Source: Mycoplasmatota bacterium
Lineage (GTDB): Bacteria; Bacillota_I; Bacilli_A; MAG-NZ
Assembly: GCA_018394315.1 (NCBI GenBank)
Contig: CP074575.1
Coordinates: 558,001-622,000, forward strand
Length of the DNA: 64,000 nt
Reading direction: 5' to 3'
Every line of letters starts with the position of its first letter. The stretch's first letter is position 1. Below are positions 29,334-39,264 of the stretch, in pieces. The notes beneath the pieces were generated by a model. It did not search any database. It worked only from the letters and a program-made list of their open reading frames with translations, and was not told the DNA's origin. A program made the position numbers and the translations under genes.

Positions 29334-29600
29334 GTCATTAGCGTTATTCTAGAAAACAACTATGACTAATTGTTAGATTTAAATGTCAGTAACTTTATAA
29401 TCACTAAAATATAAGTTTCAATTCTATTGATTAAAAAAACATCAGGTTATTTATCTAAAATATTATGCTGGAATAACTATAAAAGTAGCAAAAGCAATGA
29501 ACAGTACACCAGACAAAATCACGAGTAACTTGCTTGTTTTATTTTGGTAACTGACTATTCCATGTATCAATTGAATTAATCCAATCCCTACTAACTATAT

Positions 29601-30056
29601 TTAATTGTATAAAACCTTAGAAACGAAGAATCCTGGAACTTTTACATCTCCATAATGTTGAAGAACTGGGCATAATCCGAAGCCCATTTTCTTCCATAAT
29701 TTTAGCATTGCTGTTTTATCTTTTGAAGACCAAGATCTAATTTGATAAATTGTTACATCTTTTTCGACTCGACTTATTGCTTCTTTAATTAATTGAGACG
29801 CAACTCCCTTAGTTCTGAATGGCTCAAGAACTTCAATGTTGTCAATGTAAGCCTCCACAGTATTTTCAAATGGTTCATCCATTTTTCTATAATATACTGA
29901 AATAATCCCCATCATTTCAGTATTTTTTTCTGCTATAATTGACCAGCCGTCAGAAATCCTAATCACTTCATCATTAACTTTGTCAGTCCAATTTGAATAG
30001 TTCATCCATTCTCTCTTAATTTCTTCATTCACTTCAATAAACTTGATGTCTTTCAT
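29601..30056 (-). CDS. GNAT family N-acetyltransferase
   Basis: IEVLEPFRTKGVASQLI, LWKKMGF; GAGG RBS. Confidence 0.82.
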   Translation of the reverse strand: MKDIKFIEVNEEIKREWMNYSNWTDKVNDEVIRISDGWSIIAEKNTEMMGIISVYYRKMDEPFENTVEAYIDNIEVLEPFRTKGVASQLIKEAISRVEKDVTIYQIRSWSSKDKTAMLKLWKKMGFGLCPVLQHYGDVKVPGFFVSKVLYN

Positions 30057-30146
30057 ATTTTCCTCGCTTTTTTGTTTTTTCTCAATAGTATTTATTAAAA
30101 AACAACTAAAATGTATATCTATTACACGTAGCTCAAATGTAATCTC

Positions 30147-31262
30147 TTATTTTAGTTTGATTACCCTTTCCATCCTATCCAAAGCTTCTTTTAGTGAATC
30201 ATAATCTATGGCACATGATATTCTAATGTGATTTTCAAAATCACCAAAACAAGTTCCAGGAATAACCGCAACTTTTTCTTTTTCTAATAGATCATAGAAT
30301 AGCTTTTCGGAATGATATGGAACCTCAGGGAAAATGTAATATGTTCCGTTTGGCTTAACAACATTTAATCCCATTTTTATTAATCTATTGTATGCATACT
30401 CAACATTCTTCTTATAGTAATTTATTCTTTCTGATATATCACAATCAATTTCAGTTGCTGCATACTGAGTGATTGTATTAACTGCTACTACTACATATTG
30501 ATGAACCTTCATAATAGACTGAATGATTTCTCTTGAAGCTAACACATATCCTATTCTCCATCCAGTTAGTGAATGTGATTTTGATAATCCATTTATAATT
30601 ATTATTTTATCTTTTACACTTGGATCCACTATGGATTTAAAATCGTCAATCATTATTCTATTATATATTTCATCTAAGATAACATATATATCATGTTCTT
30701 TTAATATCTTTTTGATATCCTCAATACTTTGTGAATCTAAACTTACCCCAGTTGGGTTATTTGGGTAATTTAAGATAAGACATCTAGTCTTACTAGTTAT
30801 ATGTTTTTTTAAGTTATTATACCTAATTTGAAAATCATCGATACTTGTATCCATAAAGATACTAACTGAATTATTTAAAGTAACTAATGGTGAATATCCT
30901 GTATATGCAGGAGTAGGAATTATTACTTCATCATCTGGATTAAGCAATGCTGCTAAAGTTGATGATAGAGCTTCAGTAGAACCCACAGTAATCATTATTT
31001 CATCCATACCGTAATGTTGATTAAAATATTTTTTTACGTAATTTAAAATGCTTTTCTTAGTATCTACTCTACCCTCGCTTAGGACGTACTTATAATCGTT
31101 GTTTTCAATTGCAAATATAGCAGCGTTTTGAATATCTTTTGGTGGTGCAAAGTGAGGTTCCCCGATTGTTAGTTTGATAATGTTATCATATTTCATTGCT
31201 TCAATATTAAAATGACGAATCATAGGGAATGCAATTTTAGATAGGTTATTATTTGTTTTCAT
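30147..31262 (-). CDS. PLP-dependent class I/II aminotransferase (PatA-like, possibly N-acetyl-DAP aminotransferase)
   Basis: LTIGEPHF, PNNPTG, DEIY, GLSKSHSLTGWRIG; divergent from dap genes. Confidence 0.88.
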   Translation of the reverse strand: MKTNNNLSKIAFPMIRHFNIEAMKYDNIIKLTIGEPHFAPPKDIQNAAIFAIENNDYKYVLSEGRVDTKKSILNYVKKYFNQHYGMDEIMITVGSTEALSSTLAALLNPDDEVIIPTPAYTGYSPLVTLNNSVSIFMDTSIDDFQIRYNNLKKHITSKTRCLILNYPNNPTGVSLDSQSIEDIKKILKEHDIYVILDEIYNRIMIDDFKSIVDPSVKDKIIIINGLSKSHSLTGWRIGYVLASREIIQSIMKVHQYVVVAVNTITQYAATEIDCDISERINYYKKNVEYAYNRLIKMGLNVVKPNGTYYIFPEVPYHSEKLFYDLLEKEKVAVIPGTCFGDFENHIRISCAIDYDSLKEALDRMERVIKLK

Positions 31263-31334
31263 ATGCTCTCCTTTAAGTAAATAATAATCTGACAAGGTAA
31301 CACAAATGTTATTTAGTGCGTAAAATAATAAGAA

Positions 31335-32039
31335 ATGAAATTATATTTTAGAAAGTACAGTGCATTAGGTAACAATTTTATTATAACACACTCTTTAAAC
31401 CGTATAGACGAAGATACAATTATAAAGATGTGTGATATCAAATTAGGTATAGGCGCTGATGGACTAATCCTTGTTAAGAAAAATCCATATGAGATGGAGT
31501 ACTTTAATAAAGATGGCTCCAAGGCTAAAATATGTGGTAATGGACTTAGATGTGCAATTGACTATTTGAAACTTAAAAAGAATGGTTCAATATTAGTAGA
31601 TGGGATTAATTACGAATATTCAGTTAGTAAAGGGTTAATAACAGTATCTTTAAAGAAGGTAAAGGATATTTACTCTCATAAAGATCAAATAAATCATCTT
31701 GGTAAAGTCGTAAATTTTGAGTTTGTGGATATGATAGTCCCTCATATAGTGGTTATTGATGATATAGAGGACAAAGAAAATCTTGCATTAGCTATCCGGG
31801 GTTTAGATAAATATAAAAATGCGAATGTTAATTTTTATAGTAAAAACAAAATAAACACATATGAAAATGGTGTAGGTTTCACGAGTTCCTGTGGAACAGG
31901 TTCAGCAGCTGTAGCTTATGTTTTAGAAAAAGATATTTTAGTTGAAAATAGTTATGGAAAGATGAATGTTTTAGTAAACAAATACATTCAGTTGAGAAGT
32001 AGAGTGAATTTTGTTTTTAAGGGGGTGTATTATGTATGA
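31335..32039 (+). CDS. dapF: Diaminopimelate epimerase
   Basis: KYSALGNNF, GIGADG, ICGNGLRC, YENGVGFTSSCGTG. Confidence 0.9.
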   Translation: MKLYFRKYSALGNNFIITHSLNRIDEDTIIKMCDIKLGIGADGLILVKKNPYEMEYFNKDGSKAKICGNGLRCAIDYLKLKKNGSILVDGINYEYSVSKGLITVSLKKVKDIYSHKDQINHLGKVVNFEFVDMIVPHIVVIDDIEDKENLALAIRGLDKYKNANVNFYSKNKINTYENGVGFTSSCGTGSAAVAYVLEKDILVENSYGKMNVLVNKYIQLRSRVNFVFKGVYYV

Positions 32040-32988
32040 TATTGCGATTGTAGGTGCTAGTGGGCTAGTTGGTAGAATGTTTTTGAAAGGATTGGAAGAA
32101 TACAATATTAAAATCAGTAATTTAACTTTATATGCATCTAGAAGAAGTGCAGGGAAAAAGCTGATATTTAAAGATAAGGAATATGAAATTATTGAATTAA
32201 AAGAAGATAATATTGGAAACCACGATTTCGCATTATTTTCTGCAGGAGGGAAGATATCTGAAAGATTCGCTAAAATATTCACACAGAAGGGTACGGTAGT
32301 AATAGATAATTCAAGTTATTACAGGATGTATGATTCTGTTCCACTCTTGGTTCCAGAAGTGAATATGGATTCCTATAATGGAGAACTATTAATAGCAAAT
32401 CCAAATTGCTCAACAATTCAAACAGTAGTCTTACTTAAAGCTTTAGAGGAATTAGAAATAAACAGGGTGATTGTGAGTACTTATCAAGCAGTTAGTGGTT
32501 CTGGCAGAAACGGAATCAATGACCTAAAAAGAACTTTAAAGAGAAAGAATCCTCTATTTTATCCATACGCAATAGCTAATAATTGTATTCCACAAATAGA
32601 TAAATTTTCTAAAGACGGATATACATACGAAGAAGAGAAGATGATAAATGAAACTAAAAAGATTATGGACATCAATCTAACTGCTACCTGTGTAAGAGTA
32701 CCTATAACTAACTCTCACTCGATAAGTGTAAACATTCAATTTAATAAAGAATTTGATATCGAAGATGTTAAAAATAGACTAAAGAGGTTCCCAGGTATAA
32801 TGTATTATGAAGAATATCCAGTGAACGAAATGTCCAACGATCAGGATTATTGTTTAGTCGGTAGGGTGAGAAGAGATTACTCACAAGAAAATACACTTCA
32901 TTTATGGTGTGTTGCAGATAATATTAGAAAAGGTGCGGCAATTAATGCTGTTCAAATATTAGATAGAATTATTAAGGAAAAATTGTAA
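32032..32988 (+). CDS. asd: Aspartate-semialdehyde dehydrogenase
   Basis: VGASGLVG, IANPNCSTIQ, TYQAVSGSG, DNIRKGAA. Confidence 0.95.
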   Translation: MYDIAIVGASGLVGRMFLKGLEEYNIKISNLTLYASRRSAGKKLIFKDKEYEIIELKEDNIGNHDFALFSAGGKISERFAKIFTQKGTVVIDNSSYYRMYDSVPLLVPEVNMDSYNGELLIANPNCSTIQTVVLLKALEELEINRVIVSTYQAVSGSGRNGINDLKRTLKRKNPLFYPYAIANNCIPQIDKFSKDGYTYEEEKMINETKKIMDINLTATCVRVPITNSHSISVNIQFNKEFDIEDVKNRLKRFPGIMYYEEYPVNEMSNDQDYCLVGRVRRDYSQENTLHLWCVADNIRKGAAINAVQILDRIIKEKL

Positions 32989-33001
32989 TGGGAGGTGAAA
33001 T

Positions 33002-33871
33002 ATGTTTATAGGGTCTTTTGTGGCAATTGTCACTCCTTTCAAAGATGATTTGACTATTAACTACGATGAGTTAGAAAGATTAATAGAGTGGCAAATTGAT
33101 TCAAAAACAGACGGAATCGTTGTTTGTGGAACGACAGGTGAAGCAGCTACACTTAGCCTAGAAGAAAAATTAGAGTTAATTCAATTTATTATAAAAAAAG
33201 TAGATAAGAGAGTATTGGTTATTGCTGGTACTGGTACTAATTGTACGAAAACTTCAGTTGATTTAAGTAAGAAAGCAGAAGAACTTGGTGTAGATGGATT
33301 ACTAGTTGTAAATCCATACTACAATAAAGGAAATAATAAAGGAATATTCACACATTACAAAATGATTAATGATGCAGTTAATATACCGATAATACTTTAT
33401 AACGTTCCTTCTAGAACAGGAATGGATATGTCTGTAGAATTAATAAAGGAATTATCCAATTTAGAGAACATTATTGCGATTAAAGAAGCAAGCGGCGACT
33501 TGAAAAAGTTTAAACAGCTTGTTAAGAAAACTGACTTGATTGTTTTATCGGGAAATGATGATATTATCGTTAAGTCCATAAGGCTTGGTGGTAAAGGCGT
33601 AATTAGCGTTTTAAGTAATGTAAAACCAATAATTGTAAGGGAAATGGTTTACTACGCCATGACTGGTAAAGAGGAAATAGCTGAGAAACTTCAAAGAAGA
33701 TATATGCCTTTAGTCGATGCTTTATTTATAGAAGTTAATCCGATTCCTGTTAAGATGATTATGAATTATTTAGATCATAACGTAGGTGGATATAGATTAC
33801 CACTTGCACCAATGAGCAAGTCTCTAAAGAGAAAGGTTGTGAAAATTCTATTTGAAAAGTATGGAATTTAG
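33002..33871 (+). CDS. dapA: 4-hydroxy-tetrahydrodipicolinate synthase
   Basis: AIVTPF, GTTGEA, LYNVPSRTG, IKEASGD. Confidence 0.95.
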   Translation: MFIGSFVAIVTPFKDDLTINYDELERLIEWQIDSKTDGIVVCGTTGEAATLSLEEKLELIQFIIKKVDKRVLVIAGTGTNCTKTSVDLSKKAEELGVDGLLVVNPYYNKGNNKGIFTHYKMINDAVNIPIILYNVPSRTGMDMSVELIKELSNLENIIAIKEASGDLKKFKQLVKKTDLIVLSGNDDIIVKSIRLGGKGVISVLSNVKPIIVREMVYYAMTGKEEIAEKLQRRYMPLVDALFIEVNPIPVKMIMNYLDHNVGGYRLPLAPMSKSLKRKVVKILFEKYGI

Positions 33872-34547
33872 TACTGAAGACATAATAAGCTTAATTAAAG
33901 AGTCTCAAAAAAGAACCATAGTTGTTGCTTTAATTAAGGGAGAAATTAAAACAGATGCTAGAAATTTTTCTTATGGAGATTTAAACATTTTAATTGATGA
34001 ATATGAAAAGATAGAAGAAGTAATTAAGACACAAAAGGTTGATGATTACTTTTTCTTATCGAACCACAGAAATTCTGCAATACCGCTTTTAGATTATACT
34101 AGTATAAACGCTAGAATTGAACCGGGTGCAGTTATAAGAGATATGGTTGAGATAGGAGATAATGCAATTATTATGATGGGTGCTATCATAAATATTGGAG
34201 CAAAAATAGGAAGCGGTACGATGATTGATATGAATACAGTGGTTGGAGGAAGAGCTATAATTGGTGATAACTGTCATGTAGGTGCGGGTACAGTGATCGC
34301 TGGAGTAATTGAACCTGCTAGTGCAAAACCAGTTGTTATAGGAGATAATGTGACCATTGGAGCAAATGCTGTTATCTTAGAAGGCGTAGAAGTTCAAAAT
34401 GGTGCAGTTATAGGTGCGGGTAGTGTAGTAACTAAGGATGTACTAGAAAACACAGTTGTCGTGGGATCTCCAGCTAGAGCGATAAAGAATAGAGAAGAAG
34501 TAGTCGAGAACAAAATAAGCATAGTAAGTGAATTACGAGAAATGTAG
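33861..34547 (+). CDS. dapH: Tetrahydrodipicolinate N-acetyltransferase
   Basis: RNSAIPLLD, ARIEPGAVIRD, hexapeptide repeats, AGVIEPASAKPV. Confidence 0.92.
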   Translation: MEFSTEDIISLIKESQKRTIVVALIKGEIKTDARNFSYGDLNILIDEYEKIEEVIKTQKVDDYFFLSNHRNSAIPLLDYTSINARIEPGAVIRDMVEIGDNAIIMMGAIINIGAKIGSGTMIDMNTVVGGRAIIGDNCHVGAGTVIAGVIEPASAKPVVIGDNVTIGANAVILEGVEVQNGAVIGAGSVVTKDVLENTVVVGSPARAIKNREEVVENKISIVSELREM

Positions 34548-34595
34548 ACATAGAGTATGTTATAATTGTGTAAGAAAATTAATGGAGGTATTGTT

Positions 34596-35447
34596 ATGCC
34601 AGCTACAGTAATTAGTGGTAGAAAATTATCAAAACAGATTAGAGAAGAATTGAAAGAAAAAGTTGTTCAACTAAATGCAAAATACGGTGACGTTCCTAAG
34701 TTAGTTGTAGTTTTAGTGGGTGATGATCCAGCTAGTATTTCTTATGTTACAGCAAAAGAAAAGGGTGCTAAATATGTTGGATTTGATTCAGAGTTAATTA
34801 GAAAACCAGAATCAATTTCAGAAGAAGAATTACTAAGTTTAATCGATGAACTTAATAATGATGAATCAGTAAATGGTATTTTAGTTCAATTACCTCTACC
34901 AAAACATATTGATGTTGATAAGGTTATTGATCGTATTGCATTAGCAAAAGACGTTGATGGATTCCATCCAGAAAATGTTGGTAACCTACATGTGGGTAGA
35001 CCTGCTTTATTACCTTGTACACCTAAAGGTATTATTACAATGATTAAATCAGCAGGATTAAACATTAGTGGAATGAATGCTGTTATTGTTGGTAGAAGTA
35101 ATTTAGTTGGAAAACCAGCAGCAATGTTACTAATGAACGAAAATGCAACTGTAACAATTACACATAGCCGCACTAAAGATTTAGCAAGTCATACAAAAAA
35201 TGCTGATATTTTAGTAGCAGCAATCGGTAGAGCTAAGTTCATTACAGCTGATATGGTGAAACCTGGAGCAATTGTAATCGATGTTGGAGTTAACAAAGTT
35301 GACGGTAAATTATGTGGTGACGTTGATTATGAACCTATTAGTGAAATTGCAGGATTTATTACACCAGTACCTGGTGGAGTAGGACCTATGACTATTACAA
35401 GTTTATTAGAAAATACGTTAGAGGCATTTATAAATCAAAAGAAATAA
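34596..35447 (+). CDS. folD: Methylene-THF dehydrogenase/cyclohydrolase
   Basis: GILVQLPLP, KDVDGFHP, PCTPKG, GRSNLVGKP, TPVPGGVGPMT. Confidence 0.97.
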   Translation: MPATVISGRKLSKQIREELKEKVVQLNAKYGDVPKLVVVLVGDDPASISYVTAKEKGAKYVGFDSELIRKPESISEEELLSLIDELNNDESVNGILVQLPLPKHIDVDKVIDRIALAKDVDGFHPENVGNLHVGRPALLPCTPKGIITMIKSAGLNISGMNAVIVGRSNLVGKPAAMLLMNENATVTITHSRTKDLASHTKNADILVAAIGRAKFITADMVKPGAIVIDVGVNKVDGKLCGDVDYEPISEIAGFITPVPGGVGPMTITSLLENTLEAFINQKK

Positions 35448-35472
35448 GTAGTGCAACTTGCACTACTTTTTC
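35446..35472 (+). terminator. Terminator after folD
   Basis: AAGTAGTGC-aactt-GCACTACTTTTT. Confidence 0.78.
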
Positions 35473-35511
35473 TTATTTTTTTTACCCTACATATAGTAGA
35501 TTCTATTAGAC

Positions 35512-36768
35512 TTACGGATTATCTAAAGCAACACCCACTAAAGGGTATTTAAGCTCAAGTAGTTCTTTTAGAGTAATTCCTCCATCACTGAATAATTTGT
35601 ATACATCGTAGATATCATTATCAATTTTTATTAAGTAGTCCTGACATATGCTACTCTTATAATATGTATATTCCTCATCACTACCATACTCCATGAGTAA
35701 AGGGGTGCAGGCCACTGAGGCTCCTTCTTGTACGACTCTATATAACTCATATCCATTATACTCATTAACTTTGTTATATAAAAGTCCTTTGAATATTTGA
35801 TCATCTTCTGTGATATTTAGTTCTAATTTCTTAATGGTTAATAGTTCTTGTAAAGAATCTATGTCATCAGTGATTATTGATTCAATACCATAATATGAGG
35901 TGTCATTAATAAATAATATTTCGTTCTTTCTATTTTTGTCCATATAAATTGTCCTTGGATTAGTTTCATTTGGAAATGTGATATAAGCTAATTCGATATA
36001 AGGACTAGGATATAAGATGTTAACTCTTGCGTGGAGTTCATATATTTCATAATCCCTAAAATCACCTATCTTGTTATATGATTGATTGTTAATACATCTA
36101 TCACCATCTAGGCCGTCTGCACATTGATATAACTCCTTTTTCTTAACCGGATAACCTAATTCTATTAATTCTTCGAATGTAATCAAACCTTTTCCAATTA
36201 ATGATCCAACATCATACATTTTATCCTTGTATTTAATATATTCTAGATCTCCGGTACAAAAACTGTATTCACAACCCTCGTGTTCATTAACGATTGTTAT
36301 ACAGTCTTCTATTACAGCTCTTATACGACCCTTAGATCTCTTATAGTATATAAAATCTTTATATTCATCTACTTTTTTATAGAGTTCGCCATCATGAACG
36401 TAATCATCTTCATTTTTTTCTATTCTTGAGTAAGGGTAACCCATCTCAAGTAAATTACTATGAGAAAGATTTATATCGTTATTTTCACCTACTGAATAGG
36501 TTTTGCCTTCGTGAATTACTAAGTGTTTATGAATTGGGATTGTCATCTCATAAATGAATTCTGAGTCCATGAAATAATATAAGCCCTCTCCAAAATTTAC
36601 ATCTAACAGATCACTTTTATAAAGCTTAAATTCTTCTGATTCACCAACTCTATTGTACGAGTATCCTTCATAACAGAAATCACCACTTTCACCATCATCA
36701 CACTCTGTCTTCCCACACGCACTGAAAGTTAGAATAATAAGTAAAAATAGAAGATTTAATCTATACAC
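35512..36768 (-). CDS. Cys-containing lipoprotein with about four internal repeats
   Basis: Lipobox FSAC; repeated Y(N/K)xV...Y blocks; LLEMGYP / LIELGYP / LLELKYP. Confidence 0.75.
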   Translation of the reverse strand: MYRLNLLFLLIILTFSACGKTECDDGESGDFCYEGYSYNRVGESEEFKLYKSDLLDVNFGEGLYYFMDSEFIYEMTIPIHKHLVIHEGKTYSVGENNDINLSHSNLLEMGYPYSRIEKNEDDYVHDGELYKKVDEYKDFIYYKRSKGRIRAVIEDCITIVNEHEGCEYSFCTGDLEYIKYKDKMYDVGSLIGKGLITFEELIELGYPVKKKELYQCADGLDGDRCINNQSYNKIGDFRDYEIYELHARVNILYPSPYIELAYITFPNETNPRTIYMDKNRKNEILFINDTSYYGIESIITDDIDSLQELLTIKKLELNITEDDQIFKGLLYNKVNEYNGYELYRVVQEGASVACTPLLMEYGSDEEYTYYKSSICQDYLIKIDNDIYDVYKLFSDGGITLKELLELKYPLVGVALDNP

Positions 36769-36873
36769 ATAACCACCCCTCAATATTGAATACTATAAGT
36801 AACTATTAATAGTATACACTGTTACCGGTTATTTGCTAATAAAAAACCTCATACAAAATATGAGGTTTTACTA

Positions 36874-38103
36874 TTATGCCCAGTTACCATTTCTAAAGAT
36901 TGGTGTTACATTACCTTCAGAATCATATGCATCAATTGATAATTCTTTAGAACCAACCATAAAGTCAACGTGTGTTAAACTTATGTTTGCACCTGCTTCT
37001 AATAGTTGATCTTCGCTCATTTCAGTTCCATCTTTAAGTGTGTAAGGATAAGCCTTACCTAATGCGAAATGACAAGATGCATTTTCATCATATAGAGTGT
37101 TATAGAAAATTGTATTTAAGTTCGAGATTGGAGAATCAACTGGAACTAATGCAACTTCACCTAAATATTTTACTCCTTCATCCATTTCTAGTAATTTAGC
37201 AAGGCTTTCTTTTCCGACTTTGGCATCAAAATCAACTACCTTACCGTTCTCAAATACAAACGAGAAATCTTCAATTAAGTTCCCATTTAGATTAAGTGGC
37301 ATTGTTGAACTTAGTGTACCATTCACGCCATTTCGCTTATTTAGTGTAAATACTTCTTCTGTAGGAATATTAGGAATAAATGATTTATCATCTGTAGCAA
37401 TTTTTGGACCAGCTACCCAAATGTGATTCTTAGGTAATTCAACTGTTAAGTCAGTACCAGGAGCCTTATAATGTAACTTAACAAATTTCTTTTCATTTAG
37501 AAATTGTTTTTTATTGTTCAAATGGTCTTCATGTTCATTCCATGCTTTAATAGGATCGTCCTGATCAACTCTTGTACATGCAAAGATATATTCCCATAAC
37601 TTTTCAACAGCTTCTTCAGGTTCTACATTAGGGAATACAGTTTTTGCCCATGCCTCAGATGGCATTGCTCCAAGACTCCATCTAACTTTACCTGACATTA
37701 CTTCAGTAGAAATCGGCTTCATCTTTATTGCATTTTCTTTACTTACTTTTGCAAGTAATGATGGATCTACTCCCGCAAGTAATTTTGGATCACTTGCTAT
37801 AATTGAAAGCATAGCAGCTCCGTTATCAAGAACTTCTCTATATTTCATTATAGAGTATTCAGGTATGTTGAGTAGAACATCTTCATTTGCGTAGTCAAAT
37901 GAAATTCTAGTTAACTTACCATAATTCCAATTTATATGGACGCGACCAGATTTGATGTCTTTATAAGCTATTGTTACTATTTCTTCAACCAAGTCTTTTG
38001 CGTCTATTGGAGCACTTAATAAGAGCTCTTGACCCTCTTGTAAATTTACTCCCTTTCTTAGTAGTAAATTTGCATACTTCTTTAAATGATTTCTTAGTTT
38101 CAT
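36874..38103 (-). CDS. M29 family aminopeptidase (AmpS/PepS-like)
   Basis: PNIPTEEVFT, LGEVALV, YNTLYDENASCHFALG, THVDFMVG. Confidence 0.93.
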   Translation of the reverse strand: MKLRNHLKKYANLLLRKGVNLQEGQELLLSAPIDAKDLVEEIVTIAYKDIKSGRVHINWNYGKLTRISFDYANEDVLLNIPEYSIMKYREVLDNGAAMLSIIASDPKLLAGVDPSLLAKVSKENAIKMKPISTEVMSGKVRWSLGAMPSEAWAKTVFPNVEPEEAVEKLWEYIFACTRVDQDDPIKAWNEHEDHLNNKKQFLNEKKFVKLHYKAPGTDLTVELPKNHIWVAGPKIATDDKSFIPNIPTEEVFTLNKRNGVNGTLSSTMPLNLNGNLIEDFSFVFENGKVVDFDAKVGKESLAKLLEMDEGVKYLGEVALVPVDSPISNLNTIFYNTLYDENASCHFALGKAYPYTLKDGTEMSEDQLLEAGANISLTHVDFMVGSKELSIDAYDSEGNVTPIFRNGNWA

Positions 38104-38120
38104 TAATTCACCTCGGCTTT

Positions 38121-39224
38121 TTATTTTAAAGTTAGATACTTTAATAGAAATTCGCAAGAAGAAGTCATTATATCTAAATCAATATATTCTTCTAATGTAT
38201 GTGCTTTATACATACCAGTTGATACTATAACTGGACTAATTCCATGACTAGCGTATATATTACCGTCACTTCCTCCCCCGGTAGAAGTTAAGCAAACTTC
38301 AATGTTCATCGATCTAAATGTTTCTACAATCTCACTGACAAATTTTGAATCAGTATTAGTTTTAAGTGAAGGATATGAATTTATAACGTCTACGTCAACC
38401 TTGGCACCGTAATATTTAGCTGCTTCTTCAAAGCAATCTATCATATGATTGGTTTGTTTTTCTAATTTTTCATCGGATAAACTTCTAGCTTCACAATTTA
38501 ACGTAACCTCTGGCATAACGATGTTAGTAGCTAATCCACCCTTTACTACACCAATGTTAGCAGTAGTTTCTTCGTCAATTCGACCAATTTTCATATTGCT
38601 AATGGCTCTTGATGCAACTTGTAATGCATTAATACCATCTTCAGGTTTACCACCAGCATGAGCTGCTTTTCCGTGAACCTTTACATCGATTTTATTTTGT
38701 GCGATTGCACTAACGACAACATTTTCAAGTGACCCTCCGGTATCAAATACAATACAATTTTTAGCGGTTAATTTACTATAATCTGCGTTTTTAGCTCCGT
38801 TCAATCCACCTTCTTCATAAATTGTGAATAAAACTTCTATTGGTCTACTCCTCAACTTATTTTCTTTTATCATTGTTAGTGCTTCAATGATAATTGCGAT
38901 ACCACTTTTATCATCAGCTCCAAGAATCGTTGTTCCATCACTTGTGATAATATTGCCTTTTATTATTGGTTTTATCCCAAGTCCAGGTTGAACTGTATCC
39001 ATATGAGCTGAGAGCATTACTGGTTCACCTTCGCCAGGTATGCTGAAGTAGATATTATTTCCATTGCTGTTACACTTTGAACCTGCTGAATCCGTTTCTG
39101 GATTAAAACCTAAATCCTTTAGTTCTTTGATTAGGTATTCCATCATTTCTTTTTCGTAATGTGTTTCACTATCTATTGAAACGTATTCCATAAATTTTTT
39201 TATCATTCTATCTTTATTAATCAT
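38121..39224 (-). CDS. M20 family peptidase T-like protein
   Basis: AHMDTV, LGADDKSG, EEGG, GGGSDGN, AHTLEE. Confidence 0.9.
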   Translation of the reverse strand: MINKDRMIKKFMEYVSIDSETHYEKEMMEYLIKELKDLGFNPETDSAGSKCNSNGNNIYFSIPGEGEPVMLSAHMDTVQPGLGIKPIIKGNIITSDGTTILGADDKSGIAIIIEALTMIKENKLRSRPIEVLFTIYEEGGLNGAKNADYSKLTAKNCIVFDTGGSLENVVVSAIAQNKIDVKVHGKAAHAGGKPEDGINALQVASRAISNMKIGRIDEETTANIGVVKGGLATNIVMPEVTLNCEARSLSDEKLEKQTNHMIDCFEEAAKYYGAKVDVDVINSYPSLKTNTDSKFVSEIVETFRSMNIEVCLTSTGGGSDGNIYASHGISPVIVSTGMYKAHTLEEYIDLDIMTSSCEFLLKYLTLK

Positions 39225-39264
39225 AGGGTCTCCTTATTAAGAAAAGACTTCATTTGAAGTCTAT

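Larger units (their letters stand above)
18047..30056 (-). mobile_element. Putative gene-cassette array of mostly single-gene units delimited by a tRNA-Phe-anticodon-like repeat
   Basis: 14 clear co-oriented copies of CGGATTTTCAATCC between 18076 and 25883, each between genes; degenerate copies up to about 29.3 kb; cargo of short unrelated accessory ORFs; right border uncertain. Confidence 0.7.
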
